From the NCBI GenBank assembly GCA_964489525.1, contig CAZAYY010000021.1:104-64103 (forward strand): a stretch of DNA of 64,000 nucleotides, given 5' to 3'. The stretch comes from an uncultured Anaerolineales bacterium. Lineage in GTDB: Bacteria; Chloroflexota; Anaerolineae; Anaerolineales; JABWBV01. Each line of letters begins with the position of its first letter. Position 1 is the first letter of the stretch. The notes under the pieces are model-generated. The model saw only the letters and a program-made list of their open reading frames with translations. It did not search any database and had not been told where the DNA came from. Made by a program: the position numbers and the translations under genes. Below are positions 1-7,915 of this stretch, piece after piece.

Positions 1-1
1 C

Positions 2-169
2 GATTTGCAAACCGTAGCAGAGTATTTCGATTGGGTGACGCTGATCAACGTCCGGCGAATTGCCAGCGGACCCGTTGCGCAAGTGTTTACCGAAGAACAC
101 TTGCGCCTGGCGTATGGTGGGCGGGTGGCTTTCTTGTCCCAAAACAGCAGCCAACCTGCTCTCCCCTGA
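2..169 (+). CDS. metal ABC transporter ATP-binding protein, C-terminal fragment (5' end lies outside the window)
   Basis: Frame 2 is open from the window edge to TGA at 167-169. It reads [45 protein letters not shown]..., which resembles the C-terminal tail of MntB/ZnuC/TroB-type ATPases. It sits directly upstream of two ABC-3 permease genes. It is absent from the ORF track because no start lies in the window. Confidence 0.6.
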   Translation, partial: DLQTVAEYFDWVTLINVRRIASGPVAQVFTEEHLRLAYGGRVAFLSQNSSQPALP

Positions 170-182
170 GCCGGAGGAAAGA

Positions 183-1394
183 ATGCCGGATTTATTAACC
201 GACTTATTTTTGGATTACACACTGCGAACCATTGCTCTGGGGACTATGATCCTGGGCATCGTCAGCGCATCCCTTGGCTCTATCGCGCTGCTGCGCCGCC
301 AAAGCCTGTTAGGAGATGCCATATCCCACGCGGCACTGCCGGGGGTGGCTGTGGCCTTTATGCTTACAGGCAGCAAATCATCCCTTGTACTCATGGTAGG
401 GGCTGCCGTTGCCGGCCTGCTCGCCACACTGCTGATGCTGGTCATTACCCGCTACACCCGCATCAAAGAAGATACCAGCCTGGGCATTATCCTTTCCGTG
501 TTTTTTGGCGTGGGGCTGATGCTGCTTACCTTTTTACAGAGCAACCCCGACGCACGCCAGGCTGGCTTGAACACCTTTTTGTTCGGCCAGGCCGCCACAC
601 TTTTAGGGCGCGATGTCGCCGTCATGGGGGTTTTCGGCGGAATGGCCTTGCTGGCCCTGGTTCTTTTTTGGAAAGAAATTAAACTGCTTGCTTTCGACCA
701 GGACTACGCGGCCAGCCTGGGTTTTGATGTACAAAAAATTGAAGCCCTGGTCACCGGGCTTTTGGTTGTGGCCATTGTAATAGGCCTGCAGGCAGTAGGT
801 GTGGTCCTGATGAGCGCCATGGTGGTGGCCCCGGCTGCGGCAGCCCGTCAGTGGACTGACAGGTTAGGGCGCATGGTGGTGCTGGCAGCCGGGTTTGGGG
901 CGTTTTCGGGTGTGGTTGGGGCGGCCATCAGCAGCAGCGGCCAGGGGCTTTCCACCGGGCCTGTGATTGTCCTGGTGGCCAGCGGGCTGGTGCTGTTCTC
1001 TCTGCTGCTGGCACCCCGGCGTGGTGTTTTGGCAGTGTGGGTACAGCAGCGCCGCACCCAACAGCGCTACCAGGGCGAACAGGCCCTGGCCAGCCTCTAT
1101 CTGCTTGCGATCCAACACGACAACCCGCAATACCCGCACCCCATTGGCGCGCTGAAAGTCATGCAGCCCAACCAGGTGCTGCAAAAAACCCTCAAAACGC
1201 TCGAGCGCAGCGGCCTGGTGCGCAAAGCCCTGGACGACGAATGGGCGCTGACGCCCAAAGGGGTAGAGTACGCCCAAACCCTGGTAGACCCCCAATCCAT
1301 TGCCGCATTGAAAGGAACCCACCACCACCACACAAACAAACCCCAAACTATGGATGCCGGAAAAGGAAGCCCGCATGACCGCCACACAAATTGA
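183..1394 (+). CDS. metal (Mn/Zn/Fe) ABC transporter permease, ABC-3 family, with C-terminal winged-helix-like extension and His-rich tail
   Basis: The protein is multi-TM and typical of MntC/ZnuB/TroC (LGDAISHAALPGVA, VGVVLMSAMVVAPAAAAR). I moved the start from 60 to the ATG at 183, which has GGAGG at 173-177 and begins after the upstream stop at 169. About 100 aa after the last TM read LKTLERSGLVRKALDDEWALTPKGVEYAQTL and then GTHHHHT. Confidence 0.85.
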   Translation: MPDLLTDLFLDYTLRTIALGTMILGIVSASLGSIALLRRQSLLGDAISHAALPGVAVAFMLTGSKSSLVLMVGAAVAGLLATLLMLVITRYTRIKEDTSLGIILSVFFGVGLMLLTFLQSNPDARQAGLNTFLFGQAATLLGRDVAVMGVFGGMALLALVLFWKEIKLLAFDQDYAASLGFDVQKIEALVTGLLVVAIVIGLQAVGVVLMSAMVVAPAAAARQWTDRLGRMVVLAAGFGAFSGVVGAAISSSGQGLSTGPVIVLVASGLVLFSLLLAPRRGVLAVWVQQRRTQQRYQGEQALASLYLLAIQHDNPQYPHPIGALKVMQPNQVLQKTLKTLERSGLVRKALDDEWALTPKGVEYAQTLVDPQSIAALKGTHHHHTNKPQTMDAGKGSPHDRHTN

Positions 1395-2481
1395 AATCCA
1401 GCTAATTGGTGCCCTGGTAGCCATAGCCTGCGCCCTGCCGGGGGTTTTCCTGGTGCTGAGGCGCATGGCCATGTTAAGCGATGCCATCAGCCACACGGTG
1501 CTATTGGGCATCGTATTAACCTTTTTCGCCACCCAAGATCTTCGTTCTCCCTGGTTACTGGTGGGGGCGGCGGCAATGGGGGTGGTGACGGTGGCGTTGG
1601 TGGAACTGCTTAACCAAACTCGCCTGGTGCGTCAAGATGCTGCCATTGGCCTGGTTTTTCCGGCGCTGTTCAGCCTGGCCATCATCCTGATTTCGCGTTA
1701 TGCAGGTAGCGTCCACCTGGACACGGACGCCGTCCTTTTAGGTGAACTGGCCTTCGCGCCCTTTAACCGGTTTACGCTCTTTCGCTTGGACCTACCCCAG
1801 GCAGTGGTGACGGTTGGCGGCATTTTGCTGGTTCAGGTCATTTTCTTCGGTTTGTTTTATAAGGAATTAAAGCTCTCCACCTTTGACGCCGGTCTGGCTG
1901 CTGCGCTGGGCTTCTCGCCTGTGGTCCTGCACTATGCCCTGATGACCGTCGTCTCGATAACTGCGGTGGGGGCCTTTGATGTGGTTGGCTCCGTGCTTGT
2001 GGTCGCCCTTATGGTCGGCCCGGCCGCGGCGGCCTACCTGCTAACGAACCACCTGGGCAAAATGCTGGCCATCAGTGCGCTGACCGGCGCGGCCAGCGCA
2101 ATCAGTGGCTACTGGCTGGCCCGGGCGCTGGACGCAAACATTGCCGGCTCCATGGCCGCCATGACCGGATTCTTTTTCTTGCTCGCATTTTTATTTGCCC
2201 CCGAGCGGGGCCTGTTGGCCGCAGCCCGTCGGCAGGCGCGCCAGCGCTGGGAATTTGCCCAAATTGCCCTGGCCATCCACCTGCTCAATCATGAGGGACA
2301 CCCAGAAGCCGCTGAAGAAAACCAGGTCGGCCACCTCGGCCAACATCTGCGCTGGGACCCGGCTTTTGCAGAACAGGTGGTCCGAAGGGCCGTGGTTGCC
2401 GAGTTCATCCAGCGCCAGGGACACCATTTGTTCCTTACCGAACTGGGCCGCCAGGTCGCTCGACAGGCCATGAGCCGCTAA
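1375..2481 (+). CDS. metal ABC transporter permease, ABC-3 family (second subunit), with C-terminal soluble extension
   Basis: Carries the ABC-3 hallmark LSDAISHTVLLGIV and VGSVLVVALMVGPAAAAY. The start is placed at the ATG at 1375 (MTATQIEIQLIG) after AAGGAAG; it overlaps the upstream stop, suggesting translational coupling. The C-terminal ~90 aa (WEFAQIALAIHLLNHEG...FIQRQGHHLFLTELGRQVARQAM) look like a winged helix. Confidence 0.85.
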   Translation: MTATQIEIQLIGALVAIACALPGVFLVLRRMAMLSDAISHTVLLGIVLTFFATQDLRSPWLLVGAAAMGVVTVALVELLNQTRLVRQDAAIGLVFPALFSLAIILISRYAGSVHLDTDAVLLGELAFAPFNRFTLFRLDLPQAVVTVGGILLVQVIFFGLFYKELKLSTFDAGLAAALGFSPVVLHYALMTVVSITAVGAFDVVGSVLVVALMVGPAAAAYLLTNHLGKMLAISALTGAASAISGYWLARALDANIAGSMAAMTGFFFLLAFLFAPERGLLAAARRQARQRWEFAQIALAIHLLNHEGHPEAAEENQVGHLGQHLRWDPAFAEQVVRRAVVAEFIQRQGHHLFLTELGRQVARQAMSR

Positions 2482-2501
2482 AAGCGATTTCTGGAAAACA
2501 A

Positions 2502-2530
2502 TTGACAAAAACGCCTGGCGCGAGTATCAT
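2502..2530 (+). promoter_or_regulatory. sigma-70-type promoter for the left tRNA(CAT) copy
   Basis: TTGACA (2502-2507), a 17-nt spacer, then TATCAT (2525-2530). The tRNA 5' end lies at 2547, 16 nt after the -10 box. Confidence 0.5.
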
Positions 2531-2546
2531 TCACCCGCTAAAAATC

Positions 2547-2618
2547 GGCAAGGTAACTCAATGGCAGAGTAGCGGACTCATAAGCCGTAAGTTGTGGGTT
2601 CAAGTCCCACCCTTGCCA
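2547..2618 (+). tRNA. tRNA with CAT anticodon (Met, or Ile2 if lysidine-modified), copy 1
   Basis: Cloverleaf read by hand: acceptor GGCAAGG/CCTTGCC, D arm ACTC-AATGGCA-GAGT, anticodon loop CTCATAA, T arm GTGGG-TTCAAGT-CCCAC, discriminator A, no encoded CCA. Position 31/39 is an A/G mismatch in my fold. Confidence 0.85.
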
Positions 2619-2619
2619 C
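2547..2619 (+). repeat. direct repeat, left copy (attL-like), covers the whole tRNA
   Basis: Identical over 73 nt to 7568-7640 (ggcaaggtaactcaatggcagagtagcggactcataagccgtaagttgtgggttcaagtcccacccttgccac). The sequences diverge immediately outside the repeat. Confidence 0.9.
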
Positions 2620-2999
2620 TATCGTACATATGGCGGTATCGCCTGTACTTTACCAGCATATATGGTGTTTTCAATGTTCGGCTTTGCCTGAAAGATGGTG
2701 ATAATCCGCTACATATGGACACCACCAAACAAAAAAGCCAGCGGCTTAGACTGGCTTTGTTTGGTAAAATTGGTTCGCTGCTTGAATGCCAGTCCATTCT
2801 TGCGGCGGCCCGGTTGAATGTTCCAGCATTCACCGGGCAATTTTATTAAGTTCATTGTAAACCGGCTCTTGCAAAAAAGCAAGTACACGCGGGTTTATTT
2901 AATGCGCCCAAAAAACGGCGATATTTGCCCCGTTCTTTTCGTAAAGATATAAATGCCATGTTTGCCAGGAGAACGCCGGAAAAGGGCGGTTTTTGTGCT

Positions 3000-3248
3000 C
3001 TATGTTGGCTCAACAAACAGCAGCGACACCCCGAAGGGTTCACCCTCTCCCGAAAAGCGGCGCTCAATTTCCCCGTATGGGCAGCAAACCGGTTCCCCAT
3101 CAAAAGATTCTCGAAAAACCTGCACCAGCGTATCGGGTGGTATAGGCTCTGGCAGTTCCGGCGAAAGCACTTGAATAAATTTGATGGCATGGCGGCGAGA
3201 TGTCCCGGCGGTTTTTTCCAATCGGGCAATTCGGCTCTTAGGATTCAT
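3000..3248 (-). CDS. hypothetical protein (element cargo)
   Basis: This is the best-looking of four overlapping ORFs here. It reads MNPKSRIARLEKTAGTSRRHAIKF..., with AAGGAA about 6 nt upstream of the ATG at 3248 (the track start at 3266 was trimmed). I recognise no family. Confidence 0.45.
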   Translation of the reverse strand: MNPKSRIARLEKTAGTSRRHAIKFIQVLSPELPEPIPPDTLVQVFRESFDGEPVCCPYGEIERRFSGEGEPFGVSLLFVEPT

Positions 3249-3305
3249 GGGTAATTCCTTTTGCAAGTGATTCCAGGGCAGTTAAGCGGGTTTCAATCTC
3301 AGCAC

Positions 3306-3515
3306 TTAGACAAAAAAACCTAGTAACCCAAAAAGAAAACCGAATATTCCGAGAGTAAGCACTAACACCAACGCTAAGCCAAAAATGGTTGCCACGATAG
3401 AGATATTCCGAAGGTATTTTGTCTGTTTGATTTGTTCATCATGGATGGTTTTTAGCCACATAAAAAGAAGTTCGTTGGTGTTTGTTTCTGTTGGGATTCC
3501 GGGTACTTGATTCAT
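3306..3515 (-). CDS. small membrane protein, single C-terminal TM (element cargo)
   Basis: GGAGG lies 6 nt upstream of the ATG at 3515. The C-terminal hydrophobic stretch is IVATIFGLALVLVLTLGIFGFLFGLLGFFV. Confidence 0.55.
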   Translation of the reverse strand: MNQVPGIPTETNTNELLFMWLKTIHDEQIKQTKYLRNISIVATIFGLALVLVLTLGIFGFLFGLLGFFV

Positions 3516-3556
3516 GGTTTACCTCCAAAAAAAGATAATCTCATTAAAGCACAGTT

Positions 3557-3940
3557 TTACTTTCCGGTGAGAATTTGCTCTTCCAGGGCGACAAGTCTCT
3601 TTTCAATATTTACCAGGTTGTAATAGCGCTCCAGCAGTTCAAGAATATTGACGGCAGCAAGCCGGCGCGTATTGTCCTCACGCCCACCCGATTCCATGAT
3701 GTTTGCCAGGATTACAACGGCGCGCTCTCCCTGCCCGGCAAGACGGTTCAAAACCTTTTGGCGCATGGCGGCCCGGCCTGACTCCAAAGCGGCGAAAAAT
3801 TCGGGCTCCTGGAGCCAACGGTATACAGTCCTCACGGATACACCAGCGCGGGCGGCGGCGCTCTCGGATGGTTCCCCGGCCAGCAGCGCGGCAAGAACGG
3901 TTTCTTTTTGCGAAGTGGAATTTTTTCCCATAACTGACAC
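3557..3940 (-). CDS. helix-turn-helix DNA-binding protein (small-terminase-like or regulator)
   Basis: N-terminal HTH (SESAAARAGVSVRTVYRWLQEPEFFAAL) followed by a helical, coiled-coil-like tail. This layout is shared by phage TerS proteins and some regulators. The track start is GTG at 3940; an alternative ATG lies at 3931. Confidence 0.6.
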   Translation of the reverse strand: MSVMGKNSTSQKETVLAALLAGEPSESAAARAGVSVRTVYRWLQEPEFFAALESGRAAMRQKVLNRLAGQGERAVVILANIMESGGREDNTRRLAAVNILELLERYYNLVNIEKRLVALEEQILTGK

Positions 3941-3951
3941 CTACGGACATT

Positions 3952-4749
3952 TTACACAGCTTTAACTATTCCATCCGGCAATTTTACGGGTGAACGTTCA
4001 TACGGGTTCAATTTAGGCGGTATTCTCGCCTGCTTTGCGTTGTCTTTGGGCGCGCCTGGCTCTCTACCATCCGCTTCGCACCTGTCCAAAATCGCTTGAA
4101 TGTACTTCCAAGACGGCGCCCCATCCGTGACACTGAGAGCGGCTTCATTAACGGCTTGCTTCACCAATGGCTCACCATGCTTTGCTATGGCTTGAGTGAA
4201 ACCTTCCTGTATTGACTTGTTAGGCTTTACGCCAAAATAGTCATACCAAAAAGAAAAAAAAGCGGCGGCGGTGTTACCTGTCACGGGTGACTCACCCGTG
4301 ACCTCTATGTCTACCTCTTCCTCTGTGTCTCTGTATTTTTCTTGCTCTCCCTCTTGTTCTTGCTCTAAGTGTAACCCTGGTAATTTCAATTTTTCGCGGC
4401 GGCGCGCTTGACGTTCGCGCCATTGTTCGCGGTTCTTTGCTTGCTTCTCAATGTCCGGCCCTTGCTCTTCCATGAAACGGGCAATTTCAAGGACACCAGC
4501 GCGCTTAACCAAAAAACCGGCATTAAGCAATTCGTTTATCACACCATCCAATTCTGGCGGCGCGGTTCTCAAGTGCCAGGCCAAACGGTTTATATGCAAT
4601 GGCCCGGTATTGTCCACCAACGCCCCACCCGCGTCTTGCTTTGCTGCAAACAGGTACAATTTCAAGTACATTCCAGCAGCGGCGGGTGTCAGACTTTGAA
4701 AGTCAAAGTCCTCAAGCAATGTGTAGGGTATTTTTATCCAATGGTACAT
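3952..4749 (-). CDS. DnaD/phage-replication-domain-like protein
   Basis: The C-terminal segment FGVKPNKSIQEGFTQAIAKHGEPLVKQAVNEAALSVTDGAPSWKYIQAILDRCEADG resembles the DnaD/DnaB_2 replication-initiation domain. The start is moved to the ATG at 4749 (MYHWIKIPY), which has GAGGAA upstream. Confidence 0.6.
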   Translation of the reverse strand: MYHWIKIPYTLLEDFDFQSLTPAAAGMYLKLYLFAAKQDAGGALVDNTGPLHINRLAWHLRTAPPELDGVINELLNAGFLVKRAGVLEIARFMEEQGPDIEKQAKNREQWRERQARRREKLKLPGLHLEQEQEGEQEKYRDTEEEVDIEVTGESPVTGNTAAAFFSFWYDYFGVKPNKSIQEGFTQAIAKHGEPLVKQAVNEAALSVTDGAPSWKYIQAILDRCEADGREPGAPKDNAKQARIPPKLNPYERSPVKLPDGIVKAV

Positions 4750-4807
4750 AGGTTCCTCAAGGTGAACGCCGGGCATGCCAGCATTCCGACACGCCCGGCA
4801 GGTAAAT

Positions 4808-5230
4808 TCATTTTTGCCAAAGGGTTAATTGTACAATCGGGTTTTGTCCTTCCCGGCGCATCATCCACCCGGAAAGGGGTAGGGCAATTTGTTCGCCAAA
4901 GCCCCGATTGATTCGAAAACCGGCCTGCCGGATATGCTCAATACTTGCCGTATAGGTTTGGCGGGTTTCGGTGTCCAGGATTACAACCCTCACGGCCCCA
5001 AGATTTTCAGCAGCGGCGAGCAAGTCAATATCGTTTGCAATCGCGGGTGGGCGCTTCAAAAAATGTTTGGAGCCCTGCACCTGTTTGTGCAATGTCCCGG
5101 AATTGACATACCCGGCGCGCTTGCCGTTTGACAGGAAAACGGGTATATTTTTCTTAGAGGAGTTCGAGCCTTCGGTTCCTTTGCCCGGAATGCTCTGGTA
5201 CAGCATGCCGGGTTTTGTTTTTGGTGTCAT
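4808..5230 (-). CDS. hypothetical protein (element cargo)
   Basis: 140-aa ORF whose ATG overlaps the stop of the upstream RHH gene (ATGA at 5230). I recognise no family. Confidence 0.5.
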   Translation of the reverse strand: MTPKTKPGMLYQSIPGKGTEGSNSSKKNIPVFLSNGKRAGYVNSGTLHKQVQGSKHFLKRPPAIANDIDLLAAAENLGAVRVVILDTETRQTYTASIEHIRQAGFRINRGFGEQIALPLSGWMMRREGQNPIVQLTLWQK

Positions 5231-5451
5231 TATCCCACCCCTTCCCCATCCAGGGCAGCGGCGGCGCTCTCTGCCAGGTGAACGGCGGTTTCCAGCGCGT
5301 CAACGGCAGCAGCGGTTTCCAGGCGGGTAAGATACGTTTTCAGTGCCCGGCGGACAATTGAACCCCGCGAACGCTCTTCACGGAGGGCGGCCTGGGTAAG
5401 CCGCTCGTATAATTCGGGGTCAATTCGAATTGGGAAAATGTTCTTTTTCAT
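5230..5451 (-). CDS. ribbon-helix-helix (CopG/Arc-like) protein
   Basis: PIRIDPELYERLTQAALREERSRGSIVRRALKTYL fits the beta-strand plus two-helix RHH pattern. AAGGAG lies upstream of the ATG at 5451. Confidence 0.7.
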   Translation of the reverse strand: MKKNIFPIRIDPELYERLTQAALREERSRGSIVRRALKTYLTRLETAAAVDALETAVHLAESAAAALDGEGVG

Positions 5452-5587
5452 GGATAAACTCCTTTCGAGAATAAAAAAACACCAAAGAAAGAGAAACGCT
5501 TGCGGCGGCGTTTGTCTCTTCCTTTGGTGTCGTGTTACTTACTATGCTTATTATATTACGACACAGGCGAATTCTCCAGTGAATTTA

Positions 5588-5794
5588 TTACCACCGGCTT
5601 TTGTCCTCAGGGCAGCTTTGCCCCTCAGAAAGCCAACGCCCGGCAGCTTCCCCGGTGTCAATTTCCCCGGCCAGGGTATCGTCAAGTTCGAAGTCCTGAA
5701 ATTCTTGGGGCAAGCAGTAATAGTCAATGATAACCAGGTCATTGGACGATAAGCGCTCTCTCAATTGTTCTTCTGTCAATTTTTCGGGTGTCAT
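5588..5794 (-). CDS. hypothetical acidic protein (element cargo)
   Basis: 68-aa ORF with GGAGAA 6 nt upstream of the ATG. I recognise no family. Confidence 0.45.
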   Translation of the reverse strand: MTPEKLTEEQLRERLSSNDLVIIDYYCLPQEFQDFELDDTLAGEIDTGEAAGRWLSEGQSCPEDKSRW

Positions 5795-5955
5795 GTTCGG
5801 TTCTCCAATCGGGTAGGAAAGATGGATAAAAAGGTTTGGGTTCTACTCACTGAATACCACCACCAGCACAGGCGGCGCCCTACCCCACCACCGGCGGCGG
5901 CTTGTGCTTCTCCATTTTCCCTGGGGTTTCCATGCACGCGCATACATGCACGCCC

Positions 5956-6543
5956 CTATTTCTCAGCAATGCGCCGGAAAACGGCGCGGCCAGCGGGCGA
6001 TAACTCAAGCGGCGAATTGGAGCGTTCTCCATAGCGGGCAAGTCCAGCTTGCACCAGTGCGGCCCGGAATGTATCGAATTGGGCGCGGGTGAAAGGCTTC
6101 CCGGCCCCTGTCCATTGATTGACGGCGAGCCCATGCCCGGCCAGGACACCAACGGCAAGAGCCTTCAATTGGTGGTATTCGGCGGGTAAATCAATAAACC
6201 GGGTTTGCCTGCCATTCTCCTGGGTGACTTCCACCCGTAGGGGTTCCGGCCTGGGTGTCAATATGGGCAGCGGTTCAGGTTGGGTGGGTTCCTCTGGTAG
6301 TTCCGGCGGCCCATAGAGTGCATAATTGCGCGCCGTTTGCCAGCGTCCCTGAAGTGCATACCATTGCACAGCGGCCAAAACACACCCACCAGCAAGGGCA
6401 AGGTTTCCCGGCCCTTGCCAGCTTGCCAGATTTGCAATAGCGCCAACAGCAGCACCGGAAATCAATCCCGTCAAAACACTTTGGGCGGCGGGTATCACAA
6501 GTCCACTTTTCAAAGATTCCAGGGTGTCAAGTTCAGCGCTCAT
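5956..6543 (-). CDS. hypothetical protein: two N-terminal TM helices, Pro-rich linker, C-terminal wHTH-like domain
   Basis: TM segments are VIPAAQSVLTGLISGAAVGAIANLA and LALAGGCVLAAVQWYAL. The linker is PPELPEEPTQPEPLPILTPRPEP. The start overlaps the integrase stop by 4 nt. Confidence 0.5.
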   Translation of the reverse strand: MSAELDTLESLKSGLVIPAAQSVLTGLISGAAVGAIANLASWQGPGNLALAGGCVLAAVQWYALQGRWQTARNYALYGPPELPEEPTQPEPLPILTPRPEPLRVEVTQENGRQTRFIDLPAEYHQLKALAVGVLAGHGLAVNQWTGAGKPFTRAQFDTFRAALVQAGLARYGERSNSPLELSPAGRAVFRRIAEK

Positions 6544-7493
6544 TTTCGGCTCCTCTTATTTAGAAGTTTATCTACTGGACTCGCGGCGGCATGGGCAGCA
6601 GATAAATCGGATTCGGTTTGTTTGAGATAGCGCCGTACAATCTGTAAATCGGCATGCCCCATAAGGGTTTGCAATGAGAAAACGTCCATACCACAGCGTA
6701 GGCAGTTAATCGCAAACGCACGCCGGAATGAGTGCAATTCGGGCGGCTCAATGCCAGCAGCAGCGGCCCGGCGTTTGACGGCTTCGCGCAATCCCGAATA
6801 AGTCAATCTCTCCCCGGTTTGCCATGATGGGAAAAGCGGCCCGGCCTGGGTTCCCCGTTCAGCAAGCCAACGGCGCATGACACGCCGGGCGGTTTGTCCC
6901 AAAAATACCACCCGGAATTTGTCTCCCTTGCCATGCCGGATATACAGCGAGCCATTAACCGGGTTATAGTCCTGGACGTTCAGGGCGGTAAGTTCGCTTG
7001 CCCTGGAGCCGGTGTCAAGCAAGGTTAAGAAAATTGCCCTGTCTCTGATTCCCTGTTTCTCGTCACCACAGGCGGCAAGCAATTTTTCAATGTCTGCCAG
7101 CGACACCGGCTCTAATGGTTCCGGATTCAGTTTAGGCGGCTTAACTTTGGCGAATGGATTTTTCCATTGTACAGGTTCTGTTTCCAACGCCCACCAGCGA
7201 ACGAAAGCGCGCAGCGCTCTATAATGTTGGTGAACCCCACCGGCATTATTGCCCCGTTCCTGGAGCCAAAGCAAGAAGTTCCGAATAAAAAGCGCGTCAA
7301 TCTCGCCGGGCTCATTGACGGCGCGCAATTGGGCAAAAGTCAATAAGTTTTTAAATTTGTCCTGATAAAACTTCAGGGTACCAGGCGATACGCCGGCGGC
7401 CTGTCTGTCATGCAAGAAGGCTTCAATCCAGGTTTGCATGTCACTGGACACGGAAAAAGTTATAATCCGCTGCTCATGGGCTTTTGTGCTCAT
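6540..7493 (-). CDS. tyrosine recombinase / phage-type integrase
   Basis: An N-terminal SAM-like core-binding region is followed by a catalytic domain with LDTGSRASEL, HSFRRAFA, LMGHADLQIVRRYL (R..H-x-x-R..Y pattern). The start is moved to the ATG at 7493, which has AGGAG 8 nt upstream; the track start at 7502 is a GTG. Confidence 0.9.
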   Translation of the reverse strand: MSTKAHEQRIITFSVSSDMQTWIEAFLHDRQAAGVSPGTLKFYQDKFKNLLTFAQLRAVNEPGEIDALFIRNFLLWLQERGNNAGGVHQHYRALRAFVRWWALETEPVQWKNPFAKVKPPKLNPEPLEPVSLADIEKLLAACGDEKQGIRDRAIFLTLLDTGSRASELTALNVQDYNPVNGSLYIRHGKGDKFRVVFLGQTARRVMRRWLAERGTQAGPLFPSWQTGERLTYSGLREAVKRRAAAAGIEPPELHSFRRAFAINCLRCGMDVFSLQTLMGHADLQIVRRYLKQTESDLSAAHAAASPVDKLLNKRSRK

Positions 7494-7567
7494 CAAATAC
7501 ACTCCTATATATGCACTTTGCGCCCAAAAAATTGGGCATTTTGTCCATATATGGCGGTATTTTTCAG

Positions 7568-7639
7568 GGCAAGGTAACTCAATGGCAGAGTAGCGGACTC
7601 ATAAGCCGTAAGTTGTGGGTTCAAGTCCCACCCTTGCCA
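7568..7639 (+). tRNA. tRNA with CAT anticodon, copy 2 (identical to copy 1)
   Basis: Same 72-nt sequence as 2547-2618. It is followed by a terminator, but I see no consensus promoter between it and the integrase start. Confidence 0.85.
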
Positions 7640-7640
7640 C
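7568..7640 (+). repeat. direct repeat, right copy (attR-like)
   Basis: Identical over 73 nt to 2547-2619. Confidence 0.9.
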
Positions 7641-7643
7641 AGA

Positions 7644-7680
7644 AAAAAAGCAGTCCATAATTTGGGCTGCTTTTTGTTTT
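7644..7680 (+). terminator. rho-independent terminator after tRNA copy 2
   Basis: Stem GCAGTCC (7650-7656) pairs with GGGCTGC (7664-7670), including one G-T pair. The loop is ataattt, followed by TTTTTGTTTT. Confidence 0.6.
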
Positions 7681-7915
7681 GCAACTGCTTATCCCACCCT
7701 CTGCCAATGGCCTGGATAGGGTCCCTATAGGGGTTGGACAATAACAGCCATAAGCGCTTACCCCTTCTTCGTGAGCGCGGAAAAGGGGGAACTGTTATCC
7801 AATCTTCTTTGCTATAATAATCATACAGTAAAAAACCCTCCTTAATTCCATAAAAACTTCGGTAATGGTGAGAATAACGCCTCACCCGCACACCTGTTAC
7901 AGGTAAAGGAATGCG

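Larger units (their letters stand above)
2547..7640. mobile_element. small integrative element (about 5.0 kb) inserted at or duplicating a tRNA(CAT) gene
   Basis: 73-bp perfect direct repeats lie at 2547-2619 and 7568-7640. A tyrosine integrase abuts the right repeat. All nine internal ORFs are on the minus strand with phage/plasmid-like functions (RHH, DnaD-like, HTH). Several hand-counted lines give 33-47% GC, lower than the flanks. Confidence 0.75.

Noticed and set aside
60-182. N-terminal 41-aa extension of the first permease in the ORF track
   Set aside because: It would overlap the upstream ATPase gene end (stop at 167-169) and reads as non-protein-like ([15 protein letters not shown]). 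The ATG at 183 has a GGAGG RBS.
864-1532. 222-aa ORF antisense to the first ABC-3 permease, plus several shorter shadow ORFs at 215-1387
   Set aside because: These are typical high-GC antisense open frames, rich in R, A, G and P. The sense strand encodes a clearly recognisable permease.
2502-2849. 115-aa plus-strand ORF (and the 77-aa antisense ORF 2600-2833)
   Set aside because: It runs straight through the tRNA(CAT) gene and the att-like region. Its translation is simply the tRNA read as protein (VTQWQSSGLISRKLWVQVPPLP), and it has no RBS.
2852-3254. Three alternative overlapping ORFs (2852-3229 minus, 2925-3254 plus, 2953-3174 plus)
   Set aside because: They are rich in R, C and S with odd composition and lack an RBS. 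The 3000-3248 minus-strand frame has an RBS, is co-oriented with the rest of the element and reads like a natural protein. Even that call is only 0.45.
2547-7640. Calling the element a prophage
   Set aside because: It has no capsid, portal, large terminase, tail or lysis genes, and at about 5 kb it is too small. It is described as a small integrative element or possible satellite instead.
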